Positions 6,555-14,492 of a stretch of DNA of 64,000 bases are shown piece by piece. The translations under genes and the position numbers were made by a program. The notes under the pieces are model-generated. The model made no database searches. It was not told the DNA's origin and worked only from the letters and a program-made list of their open reading frames with translations. Within the stretch, counting starts at the first letter, position 1, and each line of letters begins with the position of its first letter. The stretch spans positions 1 through 64,000 of IMG/VR virus record IMGVR_UViG_3300026097_000876; one strand, given 5' to 3'.

Positions 6555-7712
6555 TCAAGACTTTTTAAATATATAAATGCCTTCACTTTTGTATGCGTTT
6601 TTTAATTTGTTGTTGCCAGTTCCAGGACGGACGTTTAGTAACATATCTATCTGTTCTACATAGTCAAATCCAATTTTTTTACTAACATCCTTCCAGCGAT
6701 CTACAATTTTAAATTCTTCCTTGCCGTCCTTGTAGTCTGCAATATTAACAGCATACAGGCTTTCTTTTGCAAGAGCTGTGTGTAACATCTTAACAGTTGG
6801 CTCTACGTAATTATCAAACCATTCGTCTATTGTGCTACAATTGTTCATACATTGTGTATCTTCATCTGTGTATGTTTCTAAGTTAAAGTAAGGGGGACTA
6901 CTAAATGCGGCATCAAAAGAGCCCGGCTCTGGATCAAAGTCTTCACTAGGCATATGATTCATATCATACCCAGATCCAAGTCCTAATTCTTTCATTAGTT
7001 CGCCTAACGCAACTAACCCGTTGTAAGTTTTTGTATTCGGATCAATTCCTGTATAATGATAACGCATGTTACTAGTAAGAGATCCAATCATTCTTCCACC
7101 GTAGCCAGAGCTAAAATCTAGAACATTACCAAACATTTGAGGACAGATATACTCATACACAGCTCTAGCATTCATAGGTTTAAAGTTTGCAATAGTGCCT
7201 CCGCTTACAAGATCTAATGCTCGACGTATGTTTTGAGGTAATACACTTTTTTCGCCTTCATCTCTATACTTGTAGCAAAAGCTAATAGCACGTTTCAAAC
7301 GAGTGTCATCATAAAATCTTGCTCGCATACTAACCATTTTATCTTTACGAGTGTACGCTTCCTGCATATTAGGAAACCAAAAACGACTGAAAGTTTGTCC
7401 TGCGGTATTTCCTACAGCTATCTTTTTGTCTTTTACTTCGTGTGATTTTTGACTAATTGCTGTTAGTTCTTTTTTACAGCCTTCGAGTGTAAAGTAAGTA
7501 ATAGGAATAACGTTTACGCTTCTGTAAATATTAAAAACATCTTGTACAATTTGATCTCGACCGTTGTCATCTGCTTTGTTCCAGCGATCTTTAGTATAAG
7601 TCTTTAATTGTTCTTCCACACTTTCATAACCAGAATAAGAATCATTAGTCGGTGTCACATTCCATTCTTTACAGATATGATTGTAGTAATTTTCAATTAA
7701 AGTGTTTTGCAT
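6555..7712 (-). CDS. SAM-dependent amino-DNA methyltransferase (SPPY, N4-mC-like)
   Basis: Motif I VLDFSSGYGGR, GIDP, motif IV FSSPPYF. Confidence 0.85.
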   Translation of the reverse strand: MQNTLIENYYNHICKEWNVTPTNDSYSGYESVEEQLKTYTKDRWNKADDNGRDQIVQDVFNIYRSVNVIPITYFTLEGCKKELTAISQKSHEVKDKKIAVGNTAGQTFSRFWFPNMQEAYTRKDKMVSMRARFYDDTRLKRAISFCYKYRDEGEKSVLPQNIRRALDLVSGGTIANFKPMNARAVYEYICPQMFGNVLDFSSGYGGRMIGSLTSNMRYHYTGIDPNTKTYNGLVALGELMKELGLGSGYDMNHMPSEDFDPEPGSFDAAFSSPPYFNLETYTDEDTQCMNNCSTIDEWFDNYVEPTVKMLHTALAKESLYAVNIADYKDGKEEFKIVDRWKDVSKKIGFDYVEQIDMLLNVRPGTGNNKLKNAYKSEGIYIFKKS

Positions 7713-8868
7713 ATATTTCTTTTACCTGTTCCTTGTGCTTGTAATGTGGAATTTTTGACCAAAACCCTGTGCCGTTTGCCGGACTAGTTTCATTTAGACT
7801 TAGCACTAATCTTGTAATTTCTTTGCTATTGTAGTAATTAATTATTTCTTCTGCTTCTTGTTTGTCTTCAACCTGAATCCAAATTGCATTATGTCCAGTT
7901 CCGTATTCTGGACTAGCATATTTTAGTGTGCTCTTAGTATTTCGATTACCATTCTTACTGATAACAACTTTGTGTACACCAACGCCTTCACGGGGTGTAA
8001 TAATGCTTTTGTCTACACCAACTGTTTTCCTAAAGTCAGCGCCTTCAGTTCCTACTTGATAGATTAGTTGCACATCGCCGGGATTGTTAATAATTTTTTT
8101 ATCGTTGATATAATATGATCCATAATTTGCTGTAAATGTTTCAAAATTCTGTTCGAACAGTTCTTTCGCAAACATATAGGTCTTCAAATCAAATGCTGGA
8201 AGATATGTAGGATTATCAACAATAACACTAGTGTCATCCGTAATAAACTCTACACTATTATTTGTTTTTGCTGTGAAATACATAGCACAAATCGGTGTGG
8301 TAGTTTTAGTTACTCCTAAGAATCTATATTTTGTAATTTCTCTTATGTGTTGTTTCTTGGTGTAACGATTTTTATTCGGACGGGTAAGGACCAGTACGTG
8401 GTCGCATGTTTCTTTAAACTTGGATACAAAACTATTTGTTGTTAAAAAGTCTATAGCACTTAATACTACAGTATGTGAAGATTGAACGTCAATATAATCT
8501 TGTTGCAAAACATTCACATTAAATGTTTTATTGTTTAGTGCTTTTTTAAAATTAGTCTTACAAACTAATGTTTGTAAATTATCAATATCACTTGCATATA
8601 ATTGGTTACTAAAAATATGTTCGATACGTTCAATTTCGTCTGGAATAGCTGGCGATAGCGTAGACATTAAACGTTGAGCAAGATACATTAGTAATGTTCC
8701 ACTACCACACTGTGGATCAAAATATGTAGTAGCAGGATCCGAAAGTAAACTATTGTCCAATAAGTCAATTGCATTCTTAGCAAATTGTTCTTCAATAATA
8801 GTTTGTGATCCGCTACTGTCGTATGCTTTTAATTGTGCAAGACGATTGTTTATATTATTGATGGTCAA
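7693..8868 (-). CDS. N6-adenine methyltransferase-like protein with degenerate catalytic motif
   Basis: Motif I FDPQCGSGTLL and YASDID; expected NPPY position reads SAIDF. Confidence 0.65.
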   Translation of the reverse strand: MTINNINNRLAQLKAYDSSGSQTIIEEQFAKNAIDLLDNSLLSDPATTYFDPQCGSGTLLMYLAQRLMSTLSPAIPDEIERIEHIFSNQLYASDIDNLQTLVCKTNFKKALNNKTFNVNVLQQDYIDVQSSHTVVLSAIDFLTTNSFVSKFKETCDHVLVLTRPNKNRYTKKQHIREITKYRFLGVTKTTTPICAMYFTAKTNNSVEFITDDTSVIVDNPTYLPAFDLKTYMFAKELFEQNFETFTANYGSYYINDKKIINNPGDVQLIYQVGTEGADFRKTVGVDKSIITPREGVGVHKVVISKNGNRNTKSTLKYASPEYGTGHNAIWIQVEDKQEAEEIINYYNSKEITRLVLSLNETSPANGTGFWSKIPHYKHKEQVKEIYAKHFN

Positions 8869-11011
8869 AGTATTGTCCTAACGCTCGATTTGCTGAAACA
8901 GTGTTTATAGTATTCATTATACTTGACCATTCGTCAGTTGTCAATCCCGTAACTTGTGCTACAATGCCATTGTCTATATTTGTTACATCTTGTATCTTGT
9001 CAAATTCAAAGTCATTAGCCCAAGCAATGTCTGCTAGTTTATAAATCTGTTTTAAACTATAGCGAATACGTTGCATAGTTACATTTAACTCATCCTCATC
9101 TCTAGCTTCAGGTTGAGCCGAATTTGTCTTAGAACGTGTTTTATTTTTGCCTTCTTCAATATCGTTAGCATTAAATTGTGTTCTGCTACTATTACTATTA
9201 GCGTCTTTGTTTTTATCTTGTAACAGTGCAATAATGTTATCATCAATTTCATTTTGTTTAATACAAGATCCAATGCGATCAATATGGTTGGTAATATCTG
9301 ACAGGAAACGTTTTGAAATTTCTGCACCTGACATAATGTTCCATGCATTACCGTCATAATCATATACATCGCTTACTTCTAACCATTCACTAATTACTGA
9401 TTCAGCGGTACGTCCTGTAGTGTCTGCAACACGCTCGCAATAATCGTACACTACACTAACAAAACGTTCAGGCGCATAATCAAATACTACTACACTTTCT
9501 TTTCCGTCTGCCGGCGACTTACAACGGAAACTACCTTGAAAGTAATCTGCCGCACTCTTGTCGTTATTAATTTGATGTACACTCCACCATTCAGGTACAG
9601 TAGTGCCTTCTAAGAAGCGTCCGCATGTGAGTGTAATAGTGCCGGCGCCACCGTCATGGTCGTTGCGAGAAATTATATCTTTTACTTTTTGTATATTCTT
9701 AACGCCTTTTCCACTTGCATTAATAATCTTACGTTTACAAAAGAACGGATGTGCTTCTAATGCTTGTGCAAATAACCCAATTGCTTCCACGTTATCAGGC
9801 AATACAAATAGTGTATGACGGCTAAGTTTGTCAGCAACATTACTAAATCTTGATGGTGGTTTTTTAAAGTTTTTCATAATAAATGTAATAAACTCATTTA
9901 CACCCATTACATTTTTAAAAGAACCATTTTCAGTTGCAAACAATTTAGAAAATGTAAATCCTTCGTCGCCGAGTAGCTGTTTTACTTTTTCCGGAACATT
10001 AACTAATGCATAGTTGATGTCAGCACGTTTGCGAAACTGATCTGTTAAGAAGTTGTCTTCGTTTGCTTCTAAAAGTTCTTTCCGTATATTTTGTTCGTCG
10101 ATATAATCAAAATTATATGTATCTTCTGAAGCGTATCGTCCACTTAGCATAGTCTTGTACGGAGTTCCGCTTAATTCAACTTTAAGTTTAAATTTTAGAT
10201 TACTCCAAAGACGTTGTGTGTTGTCGGTTGATGTAGCATAATGTTGTTCATCAAAAAATACACTGTCCCATTGTGTGTCAAACATTTGTTTTAAGAACTT
10301 ATTATTACTACCAAAATGTTTATTGATAAACTGTAAACTAACAAACACAACATCAGTGCCTGTAAATTCCAAAGACTTAGTTGTTTTATAGTTGTGGTAT
10401 TTCCAGCCAGCATAGTCAATGTGGTTCTCTTCTCCACCCGGCAATAAACTTGCCCAACTATCATTAACACCTACTTTTGCTGTAACTACTAAAATTTTCT
10501 TAGCACCAAGTGCTCGTGCAATTTCATAGCTAATACGACACTTACCGGCTCGCATAATAGCATTTATAAGCAAGTCACTAGATACCGAACTACGAGTTAC
10601 GGCCCAGTCGATAATGTCTTGTTGATAATCAAAACTATTCCAATCTTCTAGAGCTTCTACGCCATTAATAAGACCGTTGAGTACTTCTCGAACTGTTTTA
10701 CTAGCATCCTTTGCTGTTATGCTGTCAGGAAAATCAAACCATTCACGGTTCTTATCGTCGCGACTTTTAAAATAACCTTTGCGTTGGAGAGTTTTATGTA
10801 ATGCAATATCAGTAATATGCGTAGGAACTTGTCTTGAATAAATTATTTCTAATTTTTCAGAATTCGATGTGCTATCTTGTTGCTCAACCCGTTCTTCTGC
10901 TGTAAGCATAGTCTGTCCAACTTTAAGTTTTACATTGAAAACTTCACCGTCGACTGTTGCTACGCTTTGTTTGCTTTGACTTTTTGTAGTGTAAAGATAG
11001 ATTGTGTTCAT
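8855..11011 (-). CDS. T5orf172/GIY-YIG-like domain fused to SF2 (Res-type) helicase
   Basis: IYLY...KVGQT...REWF N-terminus; MRAGK, FFDEQH, LSGTPY, FLEGTTVPEW. Confidence 0.8.
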   Translation of the reverse strand: MNTIYLYTTKSQSKQSVATVDGEVFNVKLKVGQTMLTAEERVEQQDSTSNSEKLEIIYSRQVPTHITDIALHKTLQRKGYFKSRDDKNREWFDFPDSITAKDASKTVREVLNGLINGVEALEDWNSFDYQQDIIDWAVTRSSVSSDLLINAIMRAGKCRISYEIARALGAKKILVVTAKVGVNDSWASLLPGGEENHIDYAGWKYHNYKTTKSLEFTGTDVVFVSLQFINKHFGSNNKFLKQMFDTQWDSVFFDEQHYATSTDNTQRLWSNLKFKLKVELSGTPYKTMLSGRYASEDTYNFDYIDEQNIRKELLEANEDNFLTDQFRKRADINYALVNVPEKVKQLLGDEGFTFSKLFATENGSFKNVMGVNEFITFIMKNFKKPPSRFSNVADKLSRHTLFVLPDNVEAIGLFAQALEAHPFFCKRKIINASGKGVKNIQKVKDIISRNDHDGGAGTITLTCGRFLEGTTVPEWWSVHQINNDKSAADYFQGSFRCKSPADGKESVVVFDYAPERFVSVVYDYCERVADTTGRTAESVISEWLEVSDVYDYDGNAWNIMSGAEISKRFLSDITNHIDRIGSCIKQNEIDDNIIALLQDKNKDANSNSSRTQFNANDIEEGKNKTRSKTNSAQPEARDEDELNVTMQRIRYSLKQIYKLADIAWANDFEFDKIQDVTNIDNGIVAQVTGLTTDEWSSIMNTINTVSANRALGQYFDHQ

Positions 11012-11031
11012 TTTATTGCCTTACAAATGAA

Positions 11032-11079
11032 TGTGCCTGATTACTCTACTATAATATAATCAGGCACACGGTTTGTCAA
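11032..11079 (-). promoter_or_regulatory. Sigma70 promoter with -10 enclosed by a 12-bp inverted repeat
   Basis: TTGACA-17-TATTAT; arms TGTGCCTGATTA / TAATCAGGCACA. Confidence 0.75.
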
Positions 11080-11101
11080 TCTATTTTTTGTAATTTAAAA
11101 A

Positions 11102-11662
11102 TTAAATGTTTTGCAAATATTTTAATACTTTCTTTGGATCTGTTTCTCCGTAAGGATCGTCATCGTCACCGCAATCATTAATGCCTGGCTCTTCGAACCA
11201 TTTCTCCACTACACCGTCCTTGATTACTGCGGCATATCGCCAAGAGCGATTACCAAAGCCGACATGATCTTTGCATACTAACATGCCCATGCGCTGAGTA
11301 AGTTGACCCGAGCCGTCTGGAATAAATTTAATATGCTGAATACCTTGATCAATCATCCACTTGCGCATAACAAAAGTGTCGTTTACTGAAACAACATATA
11401 TTTCGTCAACGTCACAGTTGCGAATGTCATCGTACAATTCTTCAAATCCGGGTACTTGATACGTACTGCAGGTCGGAGTAAATGCTCCGGGTAGCGAAAA
11501 AACAACGATTCTCTTGTTGTTAAAAATTTCGTCAGTTGTAACTTCTTTCCAGTCAAATGGGTTTTCACTTCCATTGTTATTGTTTACATATGTTATAGGG
11601 TGTCCGTCTGTACGAACACGATAATGAAAAGTAACTGGTGGTACTTTTACGCCTTCTTTCAT
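11102..11662 (-). CDS. Peroxiredoxin (Prx5 family)
   Basis: FSLPGAFTPTCS, VSVNDTFVM, RSWRYA. Confidence 0.9.
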   Translation of the reverse strand: MKEGVKVPPVTFHYRVRTDGHPITYVNNNNGSENPFDWKEVTTDEIFNNKRIVVFSLPGAFTPTCSTYQVPGFEELYDDIRNCDVDEIYVVSVNDTFVMRKWMIDQGIQHIKFIPDGSGQLTQRMGMLVCKDHVGFGNRSWRYAAVIKDGVVEKWFEEPGINDCGDDDDPYGETDPKKVLKYLQNI

Positions 11663-11905
11663 TTATTTCTCCATTTTAAATAGTTTTCGCCCTAATGGCG
11701 ATATTGGTTCTTGTGGAACCGGTTTCTTCCCTGTTTGTTCTTCTACCATCATTAACAGTCTGGTAGCATGCCCGTGCTTTCTATACACGGGATTTACAAA
11801 AATATATTCTATTTCCGCTTGTTCATCGTATCTCACAAACGCAATAGTAGTATTAGTGTTCTTGAAAGTGATGACGCCATCACCATAGATGACGTCCCAC
11901 ATCAT
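11663..11905 (-). CDS. Small GNAT acetyltransferase
   Basis: IEYIFVNPVYRKHGHATRLL acetyl-CoA motif A. Confidence 0.7.
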   Translation of the reverse strand: MMWDVIYGDGVITFKNTNTTIAFVRYDEQAEIEYIFVNPVYRKHGHATRLLMMVEEQTGKKPVPQEPISPLGRKLFKMEK

Positions 11906-12609
11906 GATGCTCGTGCTAACAGCATGTCGCGAATGTGTCCAATTGCTCTAGTAGGATTAAGTCCTTTAGGACACACACTCACACAGTTCATAATACCTCT
12001 GCAACGAAACACCGAGAATGGATCTTCAAGGTTTGTTAATCGTTCTTCGGTGGCATCGTCTCTGGTATCTGCCAAGAAACGATAACTGGTGAGCAGTGCC
12101 TGTGGTCCAAGAAACTTGTCTGGATTCCACCAATAACTGGGACAGCTGGTTGAGCAACATGCACACATGATACACTCGTATAAGCCATCCAGTTTGGCAC
12201 GATCCTCTGGGCTCTGTAGCCTTTCCTGCGTGGGTGCTACAGTGCTGTTGGTAAGAGTGGGCATTACTTTTGCATAGCTCTTGTAGAACTGTGTCATGTC
12301 CACAACCAAGTCGCGAATAACTGGCATACCTGGAAGCGGACGAATAACCAACTTCTTGCCGTTAGGAGCAATCTCCGACACTGGAGTAATGCAAGCCAGT
12401 CCGTTCTTACCGTTCATGTTCACACCGTCACTACCACAAACACCCTCCCTGCAACTCCTACGGAAGGTGAGGGTTTGGTCCTGTTCTTTGGCACGAATCA
12501 TAACATCCAGCACCATTAAGTCCTTGTCTGCAGGGACATCTACTTCGACTTCCTGCATCCACGGTGCTCGATCCGTTTCCGGATTATAACGATAAACACT
12601 AACTTGCAT
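11902..12609 (-). CDS. sdhB: Succinate dehydrogenase iron-sulfur subunit
   Basis: RRSCREGVCGSD, CIMCACCSTSCPSYWW, FRCRGIMNCVSVCPKGL. Confidence 0.95.
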   Translation of the reverse strand: MQVSVYRYNPETDRAPWMQEVEVDVPADKDLMVLDVMIRAKEQDQTLTFRRSCREGVCGSDGVNMNGKNGLACITPVSEIAPNGKKLVIRPLPGMPVIRDLVVDMTQFYKSYAKVMPTLTNSTVAPTQERLQSPEDRAKLDGLYECIMCACCSTSCPSYWWNPDKFLGPQALLTSYRFLADTRDDATEERLTNLEDPFSVFRCRGIMNCVSVCPKGLNPTRAIGHIRDMLLARAS

Positions 12610-12619
12610 TGTGTTCTCC

Positions 12620-13054
12620 TTAGGCGTTTTCTTCTCGGTATGCGTCTAAAGTTTTCTTGAACTTGTTAGCATGCGAGCGTTCTGCTTTGGCTAGGGTTTC
12701 AAACCAATCAGCGATTTCATCATATCCTTCGTCGCGAGCAGTTTTAGCCATTCCCGGGTACATATCTGTGTATTCATGTGTTTCACCAGCAATCGCTGAC
12801 TCCAGTGCTTCTTCCACTGTCTTAGCGGCAAGCCCTGTCTCCGGATCACCTGAACCACCTTCGATTAGATATTCCATATGTCCATGTGCGTGTCCAGTTT
12901 CGCCTTCCGCAGTATTACGGAATACATTGGCTACATCTGGTGCACCTTGAATGTCTGCTTCGTTTGCGAAGTAGAGATAACGACGGTTTGCTTTTGACTC
13001 ACCTGCGAAAGCATCTTGCAATGCTTTTTCTGTTCCTGTTCCTTTCAATGACAT
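12620..13054 (-). CDS. Short-chain rubrerythrin (ferritin-like di-iron)
   Basis: AFAGES...ETGHAHGH...[15 protein letters not shown]...AERSH. Confidence 0.9.
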   Translation of the reverse strand: MSLKGTGTEKALQDAFAGESKANRRYLYFANEADIQGAPDVANVFRNTAEGETGHAHGHMEYLIEGGSGDPETGLAAKTVEEALESAIAGETHEYTDMYPGMAKTARDEGYDEIADWFETLAKAERSHANKFKKTLDAYREENA

Positions 13055-13200
13055 ATTTGTCTCCTTGTATCTTAAAAAGAATGTTGATCCTTCAACTTGT
13101 GAATAATCCTTCATTGTGTTATTGTATAGGTATTTACAATATAAATCAACCTAAAAATAGGTCAAGTCTATGTTATTTTTCAATGGATACAATAGATATT

Positions 13201-13737
13201 TTAAATTGGTGATTCGCGGCGGATGCCTAATGCTTTGTATGCAGGATATAGTTCTACGTTTACTTTGTTGTTTTGATTACCGCCGAGTATTTTATAATAA
13301 GTTATATCGCCTACATTAACAGTACCGAAGTAAAAACCTACATGTCCTTGCCACTGTGAGCCGCCTCTTGGAAATACTATAATATCTCCAGGCTGCGGCT
13401 CACCTGTGACTTTCTCGCCCCAGTCAAGAAAACTGCGAGCCAAGAGAGGATAATCACTTACACTTTCTGATCCTGGGGTATTGCTGTCTCTAAGAACAGC
13501 ATTAACAAATGCTGCGCACCATTCTGTACGTACAGGATCAACACCTGTAAGTTGTTTTAGCTCTGCCCTATGCGTTTGTTCTCCATAGTTTAGATACTGA
13601 AACGCAATCATTGTTGTCATAGCTGCAGGTTTAGGTTTCTCAAACAAACTTTCAATAGCTGGTTTCCTGTCAATACCTTGTACATCAGTACAACCAGCTA
13701 TTGCTGTTAGCAACAACAAAAAAGCTACAAACCGCAT
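13201..13737 (-). CDS. TIGR02594-family NlpC/P60-CHAP amidase, lipoprotein-like
   Basis: EWCAAFVN, GDIIVFPRG...GHVGFY...LGGNQ; IAGC lipobox. Confidence 0.85.
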   Translation of the reverse strand: MRFVAFLLLLTAIAGCTDVQGIDRKPAIESLFEKPKPAAMTTMIAFQYLNYGEQTHRAELKQLTGVDPVRTEWCAAFVNAVLRDSNTPGSESVSDYPLLARSFLDWGEKVTGEPQPGDIIVFPRGGSQWQGHVGFYFGTVNVGDITYYKILGGNQNNKVNVELYPAYKALGIRRESPI

Positions 13738-14339
13738 CAGTTAGCCAACGGATTGTCCAGCGCACGTTGTAGGCGTCTGTTTAAACGATCTTCAAGTTCT
13801 TTTAGATCGCGAGCAACCCCGTCTTCAAGATCAATAATACGATTGTCATTACGCTCTGCTAAACGATTTGCTTTTTCGTCATAGTCGTTTTGTAGTGCGT
13901 CACGCTTGTTTTCAAAACGCTCTTCTGCATTAGAAATAACTGCACGGTTCTCGTCTTCTTGCTCACGCAACTTGTCTTCCATACGGTCAACACTCTTTTC
14001 AATTGATAGAATGTCATCACGTAGTCCGCTCTTGATATCACGAGTATAATCTACTGCTTCTTCGAGTTTTAGTTCAATTACTTCCATACGCTGATCGTAA
14101 TCTGCAATCTTTTGCTCATACTCTTGTTGTTGGTCAACAAACGCAATTGCTTCTTCTATTTTTTGATACATCAAGAAGCCTCCGTATAGTGAACCAATTA
14201 CGGCACCTACTACACTTAACATTGCTGTTGCACTTACGAATGTTACTTTTATTCCAAGGATACGAAACTCTTTGTTTTTGAGATCTTCGATGCCTTGCTC
14301 CATATTTTCTAGGCCTTCACCTAAATCCTTATCACTCAT
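13737..14339 (-). CDS. Single-TM coiled-coil protein
   Basis: TM near the N-terminus followed by long heptad-rich helix. Confidence 0.65.
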   Translation of the reverse strand: MSDKDLGEGLENMEQGIEDLKNKEFRILGIKVTFVSATAMLSVVGAVIGSLYGGFLMYQKIEEAIAFVDQQQEYEQKIADYDQRMEVIELKLEEAVDYTRDIKSGLRDDILSIEKSVDRMEDKLREQEDENRAVISNAEERFENKRDALQNDYDEKANRLAERNDNRIIDLEDGVARDLKELEDRLNRRLQRALDNPLAN

Positions 14340-14492
14340 TGTCCTCTCCTATAACTGTGGTTGATAATACGTCAGTTCTGTCTTCTTCGACTGTTTCTTC
14401 TGCGGTTTCTTGTATTTTGTCATACTGCTTGTGAGCAAACTCACCTATCTCTGTGCCAAAATAAGCAAAAAATCCAAATACTATTGCTTCAA

